From positions 893 to 64,892 of the forward strand of contig JBAYWE010000001.1 of the NCBI GenBank assembly GCA_041674185.1: a stretch of 64,000 bases of DNA, read 5' to 3'. The position numbers and the translations under genes are program-made. The notes below the pieces were generated by a model that ran no database searches, had not been told where the DNA came from, and saw only the letters and a program-made list of their open reading frames with translations. The DNA comes from Minisyncoccota bacterium (GTDB lineage: Bacteria; Patescibacteriota; Minisyncoccia; UBA6257; JAGOQP01). How positions within the stretch are numbered: position 1 is the first letter of the stretch; each line of letters opens with the position of its first letter. Shown piece by piece: positions 10,249 to 19,805 of the stretch.

Positions 10249-11484
10249 TTATTCAAGGGGTAAATTGGGAGGAGGACTACCGCGACGAGAATCAATTTTT
10301 TGCAAACGGGGTGCACGCGTTACATTCGCAGGAGCATGAAATAAAGTAGCAAGTTCTTCAGTATTTAACACAGGAAGTTTTTCATCAGCCGTTCTATTAG
10401 ACATACCAAAATAACGAGCAACATATGAATCATAAATCATACGCTTTTTTGAAAGAACGACTGATTTTTTATACCAAGGAAAAATTTTTCCCGGAATCCC
10501 CGCATAGAACGGCATAGAGGTAGGTTTTAATGCATTCATGGTTTGCGTATTAAATTGTTGAAATGCAGCCATAACAGTTCCCCAATTTTGACCATCAAAG
10601 GTATCTTTCTTATCAATATAAATAAAACGCATGGTCATTTCGAATATATGCTTCGAAACTTTATTCTCTACAGCTTTAATAATATCTTTCGTATTAGCAG
10701 AAACACCAGACATATTTAATATCCCCGCCTCATTTGCTTTCACCCCCTTTTTTTCTAATAATTCTTTTACTTCCTTTTCTGCTTCTTTTGCGATATCTAC
10801 GCCCGTTGGCTTTCCCGTAGGACTAACAAGAAGTTGAATCCAAATTTGTTCTTCTCCTTTTAATTTAGACATAATTTCAAATAACGGAGAAAGTGGGTCT
10901 ATTCCTTTTTCGTTCTTCATATCATTTCGCTCTTCAAAAAAATCATACGTACGAATGGGATAGGGATTTGCTTTTGCTAATTCAAACGCTGCGCCAAATA
11001 TATCATACGCATCATTCGGAAGAAGAGAGGGCATTTCCGCGGTATAGTCGGTCCCTGGAACAATTTCGGCCTCTGGGTATTGGGCATATAAAGCGGCTTC
11101 AACCATATTACGACGTGCGGTAGGAAGTCGTATAAAAAAATGAATACCATCAGCACGTCCTACGATTTCAAAAGAAATCCAGAGTTCAACTTTTCCATCT
11201 AAATATTTATCAAATGATTTAATACCAAACGAATAAATACCATAGAGCGTGGTAAATACATGTTCCATGGACTTTGGGGTGCGTACGTTATCAGCAGGAA
11301 ACCGTATCTCAAGCATTTCCCATTTTACATTCTTTAAAAATTCTCCTCGAATATAAAACAAGCGCACTTTCCAAAAAAGCGCAATAAAAAATACGGGAAC
11401 CATAAACCACGCAACCGTGGAAAGGGTCTGATTCAGACTCGAAAATGCAATTTGTATAAAGTCCACCATATCCGTATGAGACAT
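10249..11484 (-). CDS. Hypothetical single-pass membrane protein, ATPase partner
   Basis: 411 aa. N-terminal TM helix (VAWFMVPVFFIALFW) followed by a large soluble domain. 34 nt upstream of, and co-oriented with, the ATPase gene. Confidence 0.45.
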   Translation of the reverse strand: MSHTDMVDFIQIAFSSLNQTLSTVAWFMVPVFFIALFWKVRLFYIRGEFLKNVKWEMLEIRFPADNVRTPKSMEHVFTTLYGIYSFGIKSFDKYLDGKVELWISFEIVGRADGIHFFIRLPTARRNMVEAALYAQYPEAEIVPGTDYTAEMPSLLPNDAYDIFGAAFELAKANPYPIRTYDFFEERNDMKNEKGIDPLSPLFEIMSKLKGEEQIWIQLLVSPTGKPTGVDIAKEAEKEVKELLEKKGVKANEAGILNMSGVSANTKDIIKAVENKVSKHIFEMTMRFIYIDKKDTFDGQNWGTVMAAFQQFNTQTMNALKPTSMPFYAGIPGKIFPWYKKSVVLSKKRMIYDSYVARYFGMSNRTADEKLPVLNTEELATLFHAPANVTRAPRLQKIDSRRGSPPPNLPLE

Positions 11485-11577
11485 CAGTTTCGTAATAGAA
11501 ATATAGTACCATTTTTATAACAAAATAACACCCCCACACAAGATAAGAGAGTACGATCAGAAAAAAAGTACTTGTTA

Positions 11578-12606
11578 TTAAGCAAGGTGGTAATTACCGT
11601 TATTCTTTTTAAAGAATTTCTTGTTCTGTAAATTAAGAAAGATGGTATTGTGTTTTAACACCCGTTCACGTGAAACTAATTGTACTAATTGATCAAGTCC
11701 CATGGGACCGTTCTTTTTCAATAAACGAAGAAGAACATCTCTGGTGTTTCCTGGTTCAATACCAAATTCACGCAATGAATATAACCCACGTCCCACAAGA
11801 ACAAAACGATCACTCGCCTTAATAAGTTCATTATGAACTGTTTGTGGGTGAGCCTTCTTTGTATCAAATTTTACCTTATTAATTTCTTGCGCAATATCAC
11901 GAAAATGCATAGGAGCTTTTTGCTTCTTAAGCACGAGATATGCTTTATCACGAATCGTGCTGGGAGTTATTTCTGGCCACTTTGCTAATCCAAAATTACC
12001 ATAGGCATTCACACGAAATTCTTTAGAGTTAGAGATGAAGTTCAATGCAACAAATTCTTTCACGTTATGTTGTTTCGTGACTTGAGCAAATAACATATCA
12101 AATTCATTCCGTTCAATAAGAGCTTCCTTTTTATTTTTAAGAAAAAGAGCCATCTTCTGTATAAATGTTTTTACCTCTTTAAGAGCAGTTGTATCAGTAT
12201 ACCAAAACGCACACAACTCATCTGTCTCAGAAAAATAGAGCGGTGATTTAAAAAGAGAGAAAAGCAAGGTAAGATATGAACCACTTATTGTTTTATCTTT
12301 CAATACCACTTTTAAATCTTCAACCAAAAAATCAGCGCGACGAACACCTCCGAGTGAAACGACATGATTAACAGCCTCTTTCAGAATCCCCTGAATTTCT
12401 TTTTGTTCTTGCGCCACTTTTAAAAGAGTGCGTAATGAAGCAGCCTCAATCTGACGAACGCGTTCACGCGTAATACCATATTTTTCTCCGAGATACGCAA
12501 GCGTACGCACTTGATTTGATCCCAATCCAAATCGTTGTACGATAATATCTTTTTGACGCTTCGGAAGCGTTGCAACAATAGCATCTAATAAAACTTTAAG
12601 TGTCAT
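11578..12606 (-). CDS. Sigma-70 region-4-like HTH protein with unknown C-terminal domain
   Basis: N-terminus QKDIIVQRFGLGSNQVRTLAYLGEKYGITRERVRQIEAASLRTL matches the sigma-70 region 4 HTH. Regions 2/3 are absent and the remaining ~270 aa is uncharacterised. Confidence 0.5.
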   Translation of the reverse strand: MTLKVLLDAIVATLPKRQKDIIVQRFGLGSNQVRTLAYLGEKYGITRERVRQIEAASLRTLLKVAQEQKEIQGILKEAVNHVVSLGGVRRADFLVEDLKVVLKDKTISGSYLTLLFSLFKSPLYFSETDELCAFWYTDTTALKEVKTFIQKMALFLKNKKEALIERNEFDMLFAQVTKQHNVKEFVALNFISNSKEFRVNAYGNFGLAKWPEITPSTIRDKAYLVLKKQKAPMHFRDIAQEINKVKFDTKKAHPQTVHNELIKASDRFVLVGRGLYSLREFGIEPGNTRDVLLRLLKKNGPMGLDQLVQLVSRERVLKHNTIFLNLQNKKFFKKNNGNYHLA

Positions 12607-12692
12607 AACAATGTAATACGTTTAATGTATATAATAACCAATCCTTTCGTTATAGTATACCACAATACCAGGGTACACCGCAAGGTTTTTGA

Positions 12693-13607
12693 TTAATTCT
12701 TTATATCAAATTTATGCCAAAGAGTCAAGAGCGGACTCGCAAGAAAGATCGAGGAGTATGTTCCAAAGACGGTACCAATAAGTAAAACACCAGTAAATAC
12801 GCGCAAATTAGCGGGTCCAAAGATAATAAGGGCAACCAACATAAGAACGAGAGTGAGTGAGGTATTAATAGAACGAGCCATTGTTTGTGTAATGCTTTCA
12901 TTAACCGTGTAATCAAAAGACTGTTTTGTTGAACGATGTATTAATAGATTTTCACGAATACGATCAAACACAACGATAGTATCGTGAACAGAAAATCCTA
13001 TAATAACCAGTACCGCGACCACAAAGTTTGTATCTATTTCTATACCATGTGTCTTTCCTAGAACAGCTAATATTCCCACAGGAATAATTGCATCGTGAAA
13101 CAAAGCAATGAGTGTTGCAATACCATATTTCCAAGAAGGAACAGGGTGTGAAACTTTACGAAATGAGAAAGTAATATAAAGAGAAATTCCTAAGAGGACA
13201 AGAATAGATGCCCATATAGCCCGCGAACGCAATTGATCTCCTATGGTAGGACCAATAGATTGATATTGTATCTCCTCAACAGAAGAGAATTTATTTTTTA
13301 AGATTTCTAAAAGTCGTGCATGATCTACTTCACTCAAGGTCTGTGTTTTTATTAAGAAAGAGTCAGAGGTTAATTCTTTATATACAACAGGACTCTCTAC
13401 TCCCCCAACAGTGACAAGAACATCTTGAATATTTTGTTCCTGTACTATTTGTGTCTGATCACTGACACGCACTTGCCAAAGTGTTCCTCCCGTAAAATCA
13501 ATTGAGGGGCGAAATCCAAAAATAATAAGACACGCAATACTCGCAACAACTAACACAGCTGATACAGAAATAAATATTCCCCGATATTTTATAATATTCA
13601 TACCCAA
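12693..13607 (-). CDS. secF: Protein translocase subunit SecF
   Basis: 304 aa, 6-TM SecDF-type architecture, immediately downstream of secD. Confidence 0.85.
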   Translation of the reverse strand: MGMNIIKYRGIFISVSAVLVVASIACLIIFGFRPSIDFTGGTLWQVRVSDQTQIVQEQNIQDVLVTVGGVESPVVYKELTSDSFLIKTQTLSEVDHARLLEILKNKFSSVEEIQYQSIGPTIGDQLRSRAIWASILVLLGISLYITFSFRKVSHPVPSWKYGIATLIALFHDAIIPVGILAVLGKTHGIEIDTNFVVAVLVIIGFSVHDTIVVFDRIRENLLIHRSTKQSFDYTVNESITQTMARSINTSLTLVLMLVALIIFGPANLRVFTGVLLIGTVFGTYSSIFLASPLLTLWHKFDIKN

Positions 13608-13618
13608 TTTTTATAGTA

Positions 13619-14884
13619 TTAAATTTTATTTTTATTTTGAATTATCGACTTCCCTGGGAAAATAATCATAAGTGCGCGGGTAACCGTAATTGCCGTAAAC
13701 ATACTCACCAATACACCGAGTAAAAGTGTGAGAGCTAGTCCCTTTACAAATCCAGAGGTGAGATTGAAAAGAATAAGTGTTGTAATAATAGTACTCACAT
13801 TCGAATCTCGAATAGCAGACCACGCTCGATGAAATCCTTCTCGAATTGCGGCTGTCTTTTCTAATCCTTTCTTCATTTCCTCTTTTGTGCGTTCAAATAT
13901 AAGAATATTTGCATCTACTGCCATACCAATAGAAAGAAGAAATCCCGCGATACCAGCCAATGACATAGTCACAAATAATTTAAAGATAATAAGAGAAAGA
14001 ACAATATATACCAACAAAGCGATACAGGCTAAAAATCCGCGTTGATGATAATACGATATCATGAACAACATAATAATAATGGTACCTATAAGTCCCGCAA
14101 ACAATGAGGCGTTCAATGAATGAGTACCTAAACTTGCTCCCACAGTTTGCTGATTCACCAAAGTAATAGGAGCAGGAAGAGCACCTGCATTTATATTTTG
14201 AGCAAGAGATTTCGCCTCATCGATAGTAAATTGACCGTTAATAACCGCGCTTCCAGACGGAATTTTTTCATTTACCACGGGAGCACTAATAAGAACATTA
14301 TCAACGAATATACCGATTTGCTTTCCCACATTCTGTTCTGTTAATTGTGCAAAGATATCTCCTCCCTCAGTCGTGAATTGCAATTGTACCTGTGGTTGTG
14401 AGGTCTGTTGACCAAAAGAAAGAGAGGCGGATTTAATATATTGTCCTTTTAACTCAGTCGGAATCCACGCAGGAGTTCCTGAAGCATCAAGAGCACCCAC
14501 CGTTCTAAAATCTAAGAACGGAGTTTGTCCAATTTGTTGGATGGCCTCATTCACATCTGATATACCCGCTAAATCAACCATAAGAAATTGCTCCCCCGCT
14601 GATTGTGAAATAGCAATTTGTGGTTCTTTTACTCCAAAGGTATTCACTCGTTTTTCAATCACATCACGAAGACCCGCCAAAGTATCAGAGATTTGAGCTT
14701 GTTCAATTGCGGAAGTGTCTATTTTATAGGTGAGATGAGACCCTCCGACTAAATCTAATCCCAATTTCCAAGGAGACCATGAACTTATAGATGCTGACCA
14801 TGGTGCGGGATATACAAAAAATACTCCTGCGATAGTTATTGCGAAGACGACCGCTAACAAAAGTGACGCTTTTCGTTTATTCAT
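13619..14884 (-). CDS. secD: Protein translocase subunit SecD
   Basis: 421 aa. N-terminal TM, periplasmic domain and C-terminal 5-TM SecD block (GLALTLLLGVLVSMFTAITVTR). Confidence 0.85.
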   Translation of the reverse strand: MNKRKASLLLAVVFAITIAGVFFVYPAPWSASISSWSPWKLGLDLVGGSHLTYKIDTSAIEQAQISDTLAGLRDVIEKRVNTFGVKEPQIAISQSAGEQFLMVDLAGISDVNEAIQQIGQTPFLDFRTVGALDASGTPAWIPTELKGQYIKSASLSFGQQTSQPQVQLQFTTEGGDIFAQLTEQNVGKQIGIFVDNVLISAPVVNEKIPSGSAVINGQFTIDEAKSLAQNINAGALPAPITLVNQQTVGASLGTHSLNASLFAGLIGTIIIMLFMISYYHQRGFLACIALLVYIVLSLIIFKLFVTMSLAGIAGFLLSIGMAVDANILIFERTKEEMKKGLEKTAAIREGFHRAWSAIRDSNVSTIITTLILFNLTSGFVKGLALTLLLGVLVSMFTAITVTRALMIIFPGKSIIQNKNKI

Positions 14885-15046
14885 ATTAAAAATAACATAT
14901 CACAAAAAGCTGAAAAAGCAACAGATACAAAAAGAAAAAAGAGTGCGTAGGCACTCTTTCCTCTATAGTATCTTTGTTTCCTCACGAGACAAAGATTATA
15001 TGCACAGTATGAACTATTTTGTTTTTTTTCGCAAGAGATATCTCTT

Positions 15047-18000
15047 TTATTTTTTTCTTGCTCCCATCCATAAACGCTTCCCGTCTAATTTGGTATCTAT
15101 CTCTGCATCAAATTTTTCCATCTTTCCAATGGTAAGGACACGAGCCCCCACTTCCTTCTTAATAAATGCTTCGTGTATGCGTACCATTGCTTCAATATCC
15201 GAGGTACTTGAGAGTGCAAGAATAATACTATCCTTGGGTACGTATCCGGCATCTTGGCGTAATTCTTGTACTGCCCGAGTCAACTCACGCAATAATCCCT
15301 CCGTTTTTAACTCAGGAGTAATAGTAGTATCAAGAATAAACATCTCTCCATCAACAAGCTCTGAAGAGAAGGTAATTTCTTTTACATTCACTTCATCACG
15401 AATAATTTCAAGAATATCGGGAACAAAAGATCCTTTTGGTTTTTTACCTTGAAGAGTGAGTTTTGCAAGTGGTTGGCGTACTTTAATTTGTAATTCTGCT
15501 CGTTTTGCAAGAACACTACTCGCTATATCACGCGCCCACGACATAACCGATACTAATCCCTCATCAGAAGCTTTTATCTTAAATGTAGGAACAAGTTCTA
15601 AATGAACAGAATCCTTTTTTGAGAAACTATGATCTTTTTTAAGCGATTGATAAATACTCTCTGCAAAAAATGGAGTAAAGGGAGCAATTATTTTTGAAAA
15701 TTGAAGCAGTGTATAGGCTAAAACCTGAGAAGCACTTTGTAGATCTTTTATATTTTCTGGTTTTTGGAATCGACGACGTGAACGACGAATATACCATCGA
15801 GAAAGATCATCAATAAAAGATTCAATAGCAATAGTTGCCTTCGTAAGATCATACATATCCATGTTAGTAGTCACTTCACGCGTCATAAGAGCAAGACGCA
15901 CAAGAATCCATCTATCTAATACATACGGAGTAGAAGGCATATCAATAAGATTTCTTTTATCTAATCCATACATTTGCAAAAATGCAAACGAATTATAGAT
16001 AACCATAAGCGTACGACGAAATGCCTTTCCCACCTCCTCTTCATCAAAATTCTTTGGATCTCCTGGCGCATTGACGGTATAAAAATACCACCGAATAGAA
16101 TCCACTCCATATTTTTGTATTAAAGCCCACGGATCAACAATATTTCCTTTTGACTTAGACATTTTTTGTCCATGTTTATCATGAATAAGTCCCAAACAAA
16201 TAACATTTTTATACGGAGTAGGAAGATCTAATGCGGTCGCAACAGCAAGAAGCGTATAAAACCACCCTCGAGTTTGATCCACTGCTTCAGAAATATAATC
16301 AGCGGGATACAGTTCTGGTTTTGATATCTTCTGTGACTTTGAATTCTTTTGAGCAAAGGGAAAGTGTCCTTGTGCAAACGGCATGGATCCCGAATCAAAC
16401 CAAACGTCGGCAACTTCTTTTACTCGACGCATGGGCGCATGACATTTTTCACATGCAAAAGTAATCTCATCAATATACGGACGATGTAAATCCCCCAACC
16501 CCTGTTCATTTCGAGGAAAAGGAACAAAAGAAACATCCATACTCTGCGCAGTTTTTATAAAATCACCCCCTCTCTGTTTCTTATACGTAATGCTTTCTTC
16601 TTGACTCTTTCCCGAAAGAACTGACTCAAGCATCCATAATGGATACTCATGACTCACCACAAGAACATTTTTACCGGCATATTTCTTCTCAATATCTTTC
16701 ACAAAATCATACATACGTGCAGCAACAGCTATAAGCGCTTCTCCTTTTTCTGGGAATTTTAGAAATCGATCCTCGTAGGTAGGAAAGAGAGCATCATATC
16801 GATCAACCGACTGCCCCTCAAGTTCTCCTAGGTATATCTCCCGCAATCGTTTATCAAAAACTACTTTTGCTCCCGTGAACTGTGAGACAATTTCAGCAGT
16901 TTGATGAGTACGATAAAGATCAGAAGAAATAATAATATCAATATGCTTCTGTACAAGTTTCTGAGCAGTTCGCTTTACATCCCCTATTCCCTTTTTAGTA
17001 AGAGGAAATTGTACACTCTTTTTTACATCACCGCTAATAATGTGTTTCGTGTTATGGAGTGCTCCTCCATGACGCATCAGTATGAATCGAGTCATACTTT
17101 TAGGTTGTGTAGCAATTAATTCTTCTTTCGATCCCAAAACCTGAATGTGGGTACAGTGGGTGCATCGCCACACCGGGAGTGGAGTCCCCCAGTACCGTTC
17201 ACGAGAAAAATTCCAATCTTTTACCTCCTTGAGCCATTCTCCAAATCGCCCCTGCTTAATATGACTCGGAACCCAGTTCACAGACTCGTTTGAAGCAATA
17301 AGTTTCTTTTTCAGTTGAGTCATCTCCACAAACCATGAGGTGCGCGCATAATATAACAAGGGAGTTCCACAACGCCAACAATACGGATATTCATGTTCAT
17401 ATGGAACAGTAGATACGAGCCTCTTTTGTTTTTCAAGGTATTCAAAAATAATTTTCTCAGTTTCATTACTTTTCACAAACCGTCCTGCAAGATCAGGAAC
17501 ACCTTTTATAAATTTGCCCGCTTCATCTACGGTATGATACTGGGGTAATCCTATTTTTTTACCCAATGTATAGTCATCCTCTCCATACATAACTGCGGTA
17601 TGCACAACCCCTGTTCCATCAGTCGTAGTAACAAAATCAGCGCTATATACTTTATATGCGGTCTCTGATTTTTTGAATTCCGCAATATCAAACAAAGGTT
17701 CATATGAAAGACCCACAAGATTTTTTCCTAAAATATTCTTATGTATAGTTTCAATTTGTTCATGAGGAAACACAGCACGAACCAACTCTGACGCAATAAC
17801 ATATAATTCAGATTTTCCATCTACACGAATCACATCGTATGAAATATCCTCTCCCACAGCTAACGCAACATTTCCTGGAAGTGTCCACGGCGTTGTCGTC
17901 CACGAAAGAATATAGGTATTCTCTCCTATGTGAATTTGCTTGTTGTTTATTGCTTGTTGTTTGTTATTTACAAGAAGTTTAAACTTTATATATACCGATT

Positions 18001-18613
18001 TATCAGTCACTGTTTTATAACCCTGTGCGATTTCATGGGAAGAAAGAGCGGTTCCGCAACGAGGACACCACGGTACCACTTTATGTCCTTCATAAAGAAG
18101 CCCCTTGAGCGACAACTGTTTAATAATCCACCATAATGACTCTATATAGGTATTGTGATAGGTAACATACGGATCTTCCATATCTAACCAAAATCCAATA
18201 CGCTCAGTTAGTTTTTCAAACTCAGATTTATGCACCCCAGCCGATTCTCTGCACTTTTGATTAAAAGCAGAAATACCATACGCCTCAATATCTTTTTTAG
18301 AAGAAAGTTCTAATTGTTTTTCAACTTGTAATTCTACAGGAAGTCCATGAGTATCCCACCCAGCCTTACGGGGTACCACAAAACCTTGCATCGTTTTATA
18401 GCGGACAAAAACATCCTTAAAAACGCGCGCAAGAACATGGTGTATTCCCGGGCGTCCATTCGCCGTCGGAGGACCTTCCCAAAAATTAAACTGCTTTACT
18501 TTTTTTCCTTTTGCAGGAGTTATTGATTTTTTAAAAATCCCCCGCTCTTTCCAAAGTGCGAGTACTTTTTCCTCTATTTCAGGGAGGTTGAATGATTTGA
18601 TGTTTCGTAACAT
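15047..18613 (-). CDS. ileS: Isoleucine--tRNA ligase (type 2) with an inserted histidine-phosphatase (PGAM-like) domain
   Basis: Class I HIGH motif (PPTANGRPGIHHV), KMSKS (KMSKSKGN), CP1 editing region and C-terminal anticodon-binding region. Start placed at ATG 18613 (MLRNIKSFNLPEIEE), not the ORF-track 18784 whose first 57 codons are low-complexity. About 180 aa between VLGS..EEL and DLHRP carry the RHG...R...SHE histidine phosphatase motifs. Confidence 0.9.
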   Translation of the reverse strand: MLRNIKSFNLPEIEEKVLALWKERGIFKKSITPAKGKKVKQFNFWEGPPTANGRPGIHHVLARVFKDVFVRYKTMQGFVVPRKAGWDTHGLPVELQVEKQLELSSKKDIEAYGISAFNQKCRESAGVHKSEFEKLTERIGFWLDMEDPYVTYHNTYIESLWWIIKQLSLKGLLYEGHKVVPWCPRCGTALSSHEIAQGYKTVTDKSVYIKFKLLVNNKQQAINNKQIHIGENTYILSWTTTPWTLPGNVALAVGEDISYDVIRVDGKSELYVIASELVRAVFPHEQIETIHKNILGKNLVGLSYEPLFDIAEFKKSETAYKVYSADFVTTTDGTGVVHTAVMYGEDDYTLGKKIGLPQYHTVDEAGKFIKGVPDLAGRFVKSNETEKIIFEYLEKQKRLVSTVPYEHEYPYCWRCGTPLLYYARTSWFVEMTQLKKKLIASNESVNWVPSHIKQGRFGEWLKEVKDWNFSRERYWGTPLPVWRCTHCTHIQVLGSKEELIATQPKSMTRFILMRHGGALHNTKHIISGDVKKSVQFPLTKKGIGDVKRTAQKLVQKHIDIIISSDLYRTHQTAEIVSQFTGAKVVFDKRLREIYLGELEGQSVDRYDALFPTYEDRFLKFPEKGEALIAVAARMYDFVKDIEKKYAGKNVLVVSHEYPLWMLESVLSGKSQEESITYKKQRGGDFIKTAQSMDVSFVPFPRNEQGLGDLHRPYIDEITFACEKCHAPMRRVKEVADVWFDSGSMPFAQGHFPFAQKNSKSQKISKPELYPADYISEAVDQTRGWFYTLLAVATALDLPTPYKNVICLGLIHDKHGQKMSKSKGNIVDPWALIQKYGVDSIRWYFYTVNAPGDPKNFDEEEVGKAFRRTLMVIYNSFAFLQMYGLDKRNLIDMPSTPYVLDRWILVRLALMTREVTTNMDMYDLTKATIAIESFIDDLSRWYIRRSRRRFQKPENIKDLQSASQVLAYTLLQFSKIIAPFTPFFAESIYQSLKKDHSFSKKDSVHLELVPTFKIKASDEGLVSVMSWARDIASSVLAKRAELQIKVRQPLAKLTLQGKKPKGSFVPDILEIIRDEVNVKEITFSSELVDGEMFILDTTITPELKTEGLLRELTRAVQELRQDAGYVPKDSIILALSSTSDIEAMVRIHEAFIKKEVGARVLTIGKMEKFDAEIDTKLDGKRLWMGARKK

Positions 18614-18666
18614 ATAGAACTTCACTATACAAAAAAAAGGAGGAGAAGTGAAGTAAAATAAAAATA

Positions 18667-19749
18667 TTGACACATATAAATAAAAGATGTACGTTAAACA
18701 CACCAAAAAATAACGGAGGCACCTTGAAAATTTTAGTAGATGAAAAGAGAGCGGTTGAGGTCTTTTCAAAATTAGTAGAGGCATTTAAAAATAAACTGCC
18801 TCCCTATGATACTGCACCACTCCCTCAGATACTCACCCCCACACAGATACAAAAGAAATCCGCAGAACATGCACGATTTCTATTCTGTTGTTGTTACTAT
18901 ATGCGCGGAGGTATTCGAAGTGATACAGCTATGAAAAGTTTAGCGGTATTATACGAAAACCATCCTGAATATTTTGATTCAGCGTATGTCGCACAAGCAG
19001 ATGAAAAATCACTACTCCAGTCTTTAAAACAACATCTGCAGGAAGTGAAGCTGAATTATAACGCAAGTGTAATACCACAGTTTTGGATTGATAATTTCAA
19101 AAAAATCAATACATTTTGGGGTGATAATCCAGCACAACTCATTCAAGATGCGGATTATGAAGAAATCACAGAACGCATTATGAATAGCGGAAAAATAAAA
19201 TCAGAAAATCCACATGGATTCTTTGGTTTTAGAGAAAAAATGGTCAGTATGATCATTTATTTTCTCGTAGATGCGGAATTTATAGATCCTCTACATTTTC
19301 CTGTGCCCATTGATTTCCACGCATTGAGAATCATAACGGCACACGAAATTCTTGATACAGAAACAAATACCAAAACAAATATTCTTTCACCAGAATATTT
19401 ACAAGCGGCGCGAGATATATCAGTGAAATTCTGCTTAGAACACAATGAAAGCCCACTCGACTTATGTGGCGCATTGTGGCTTCTCTCACGTACGTGGTGT
19501 AGCCTTCACCCAGGAAATGCAAGTGAAGTTGGTATATATCACGGAAGGAAAACTCACATAGGAGTTTCAAAAAAAAGTAGGTGGACGCAGAAGAACGCAT
19601 TCACTTATGAGGCAACGTGTGGAAGATGTCCTATAGAAAAAACGTGTAAGTATCTCATACCAGCAGGATATTATTACCGACAAGGAAAGATAATTATCCG
19701 CGGAGAAAGAAATAACCATCCACAACTCAATCTCTTTTCAACAAAATAG
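18667..19749 (+). CDS. Hypothetical protein, possible HhH-GPD (endonuclease III-like) base-excision repair fold
   Basis: 360 aa. PVPIDFHALRI resembles the VDTHVxR catalytic segment of HhH-GPD glycosylases. Cys cluster near the C-terminus (CGRCPIEKTC). ORF-track start is TTG; start uncertain. Confidence 0.35.
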   Translation: MTHINKRCTLNTPKNNGGTLKILVDEKRAVEVFSKLVEAFKNKLPPYDTAPLPQILTPTQIQKKSAEHARFLFCCCYYMRGGIRSDTAMKSLAVLYENHPEYFDSAYVAQADEKSLLQSLKQHLQEVKLNYNASVIPQFWIDNFKKINTFWGDNPAQLIQDADYEEITERIMNSGKIKSENPHGFFGFREKMVSMIIYFLVDAEFIDPLHFPVPIDFHALRIITAHEILDTETNTKTNILSPEYLQAARDISVKFCLEHNESPLDLCGALWLLSRTWCSLHPGNASEVGIYHGRKTHIGVSKKSRWTQKNAFTYEATCGRCPIEKTCKYLIPAGYYYRQGKIIIRGERNNHPQLNLFSTK

Positions 19750-19750
19750 C

Positions 19751-19805
19751 CCGCCACACGCGTATCATATGAAAAACATGATACGCGTGTAGACGGGCTT
19801 TTATT
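19751..19805. terminator. Bidirectional terminator hairpin between convergent genes
   Basis: Nested perfect stem gcccg..acacgcgtatcat-atgaaaaac-atgatacgcgtgt..cgggc followed by ttttatttt. Sits between the convergent genes 18667..19749 (+) and 19806..20927 (-). Confidence 0.55.

Noticed and set aside
14943-15452. 169-aa + strand ORF
   Set aside because: It is antisense to the 3' end of ileS and the secD-ileS spacer and is Ser/Arg/Phe-rich low complexity. It is a typical shadow ORF.
17930-17965. Short tandem DNA repeat (ttgcttgttgttt x2) inside ileS
   Set aside because: It encodes NNKQQAINNKQ in frame and is within the normal variation of the CP1 region. It is too short to call a feature.
15047-18784. 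ORF-track start of ileS at 18784 (1245 aa)
   Set aside because: The first 57 codons translate to low-complexity hydrophobic text with no IleS homology. Conserved IleS sequence begins right after the in-frame ATG at 18613, so the extension is just open frame upstream of the true start.
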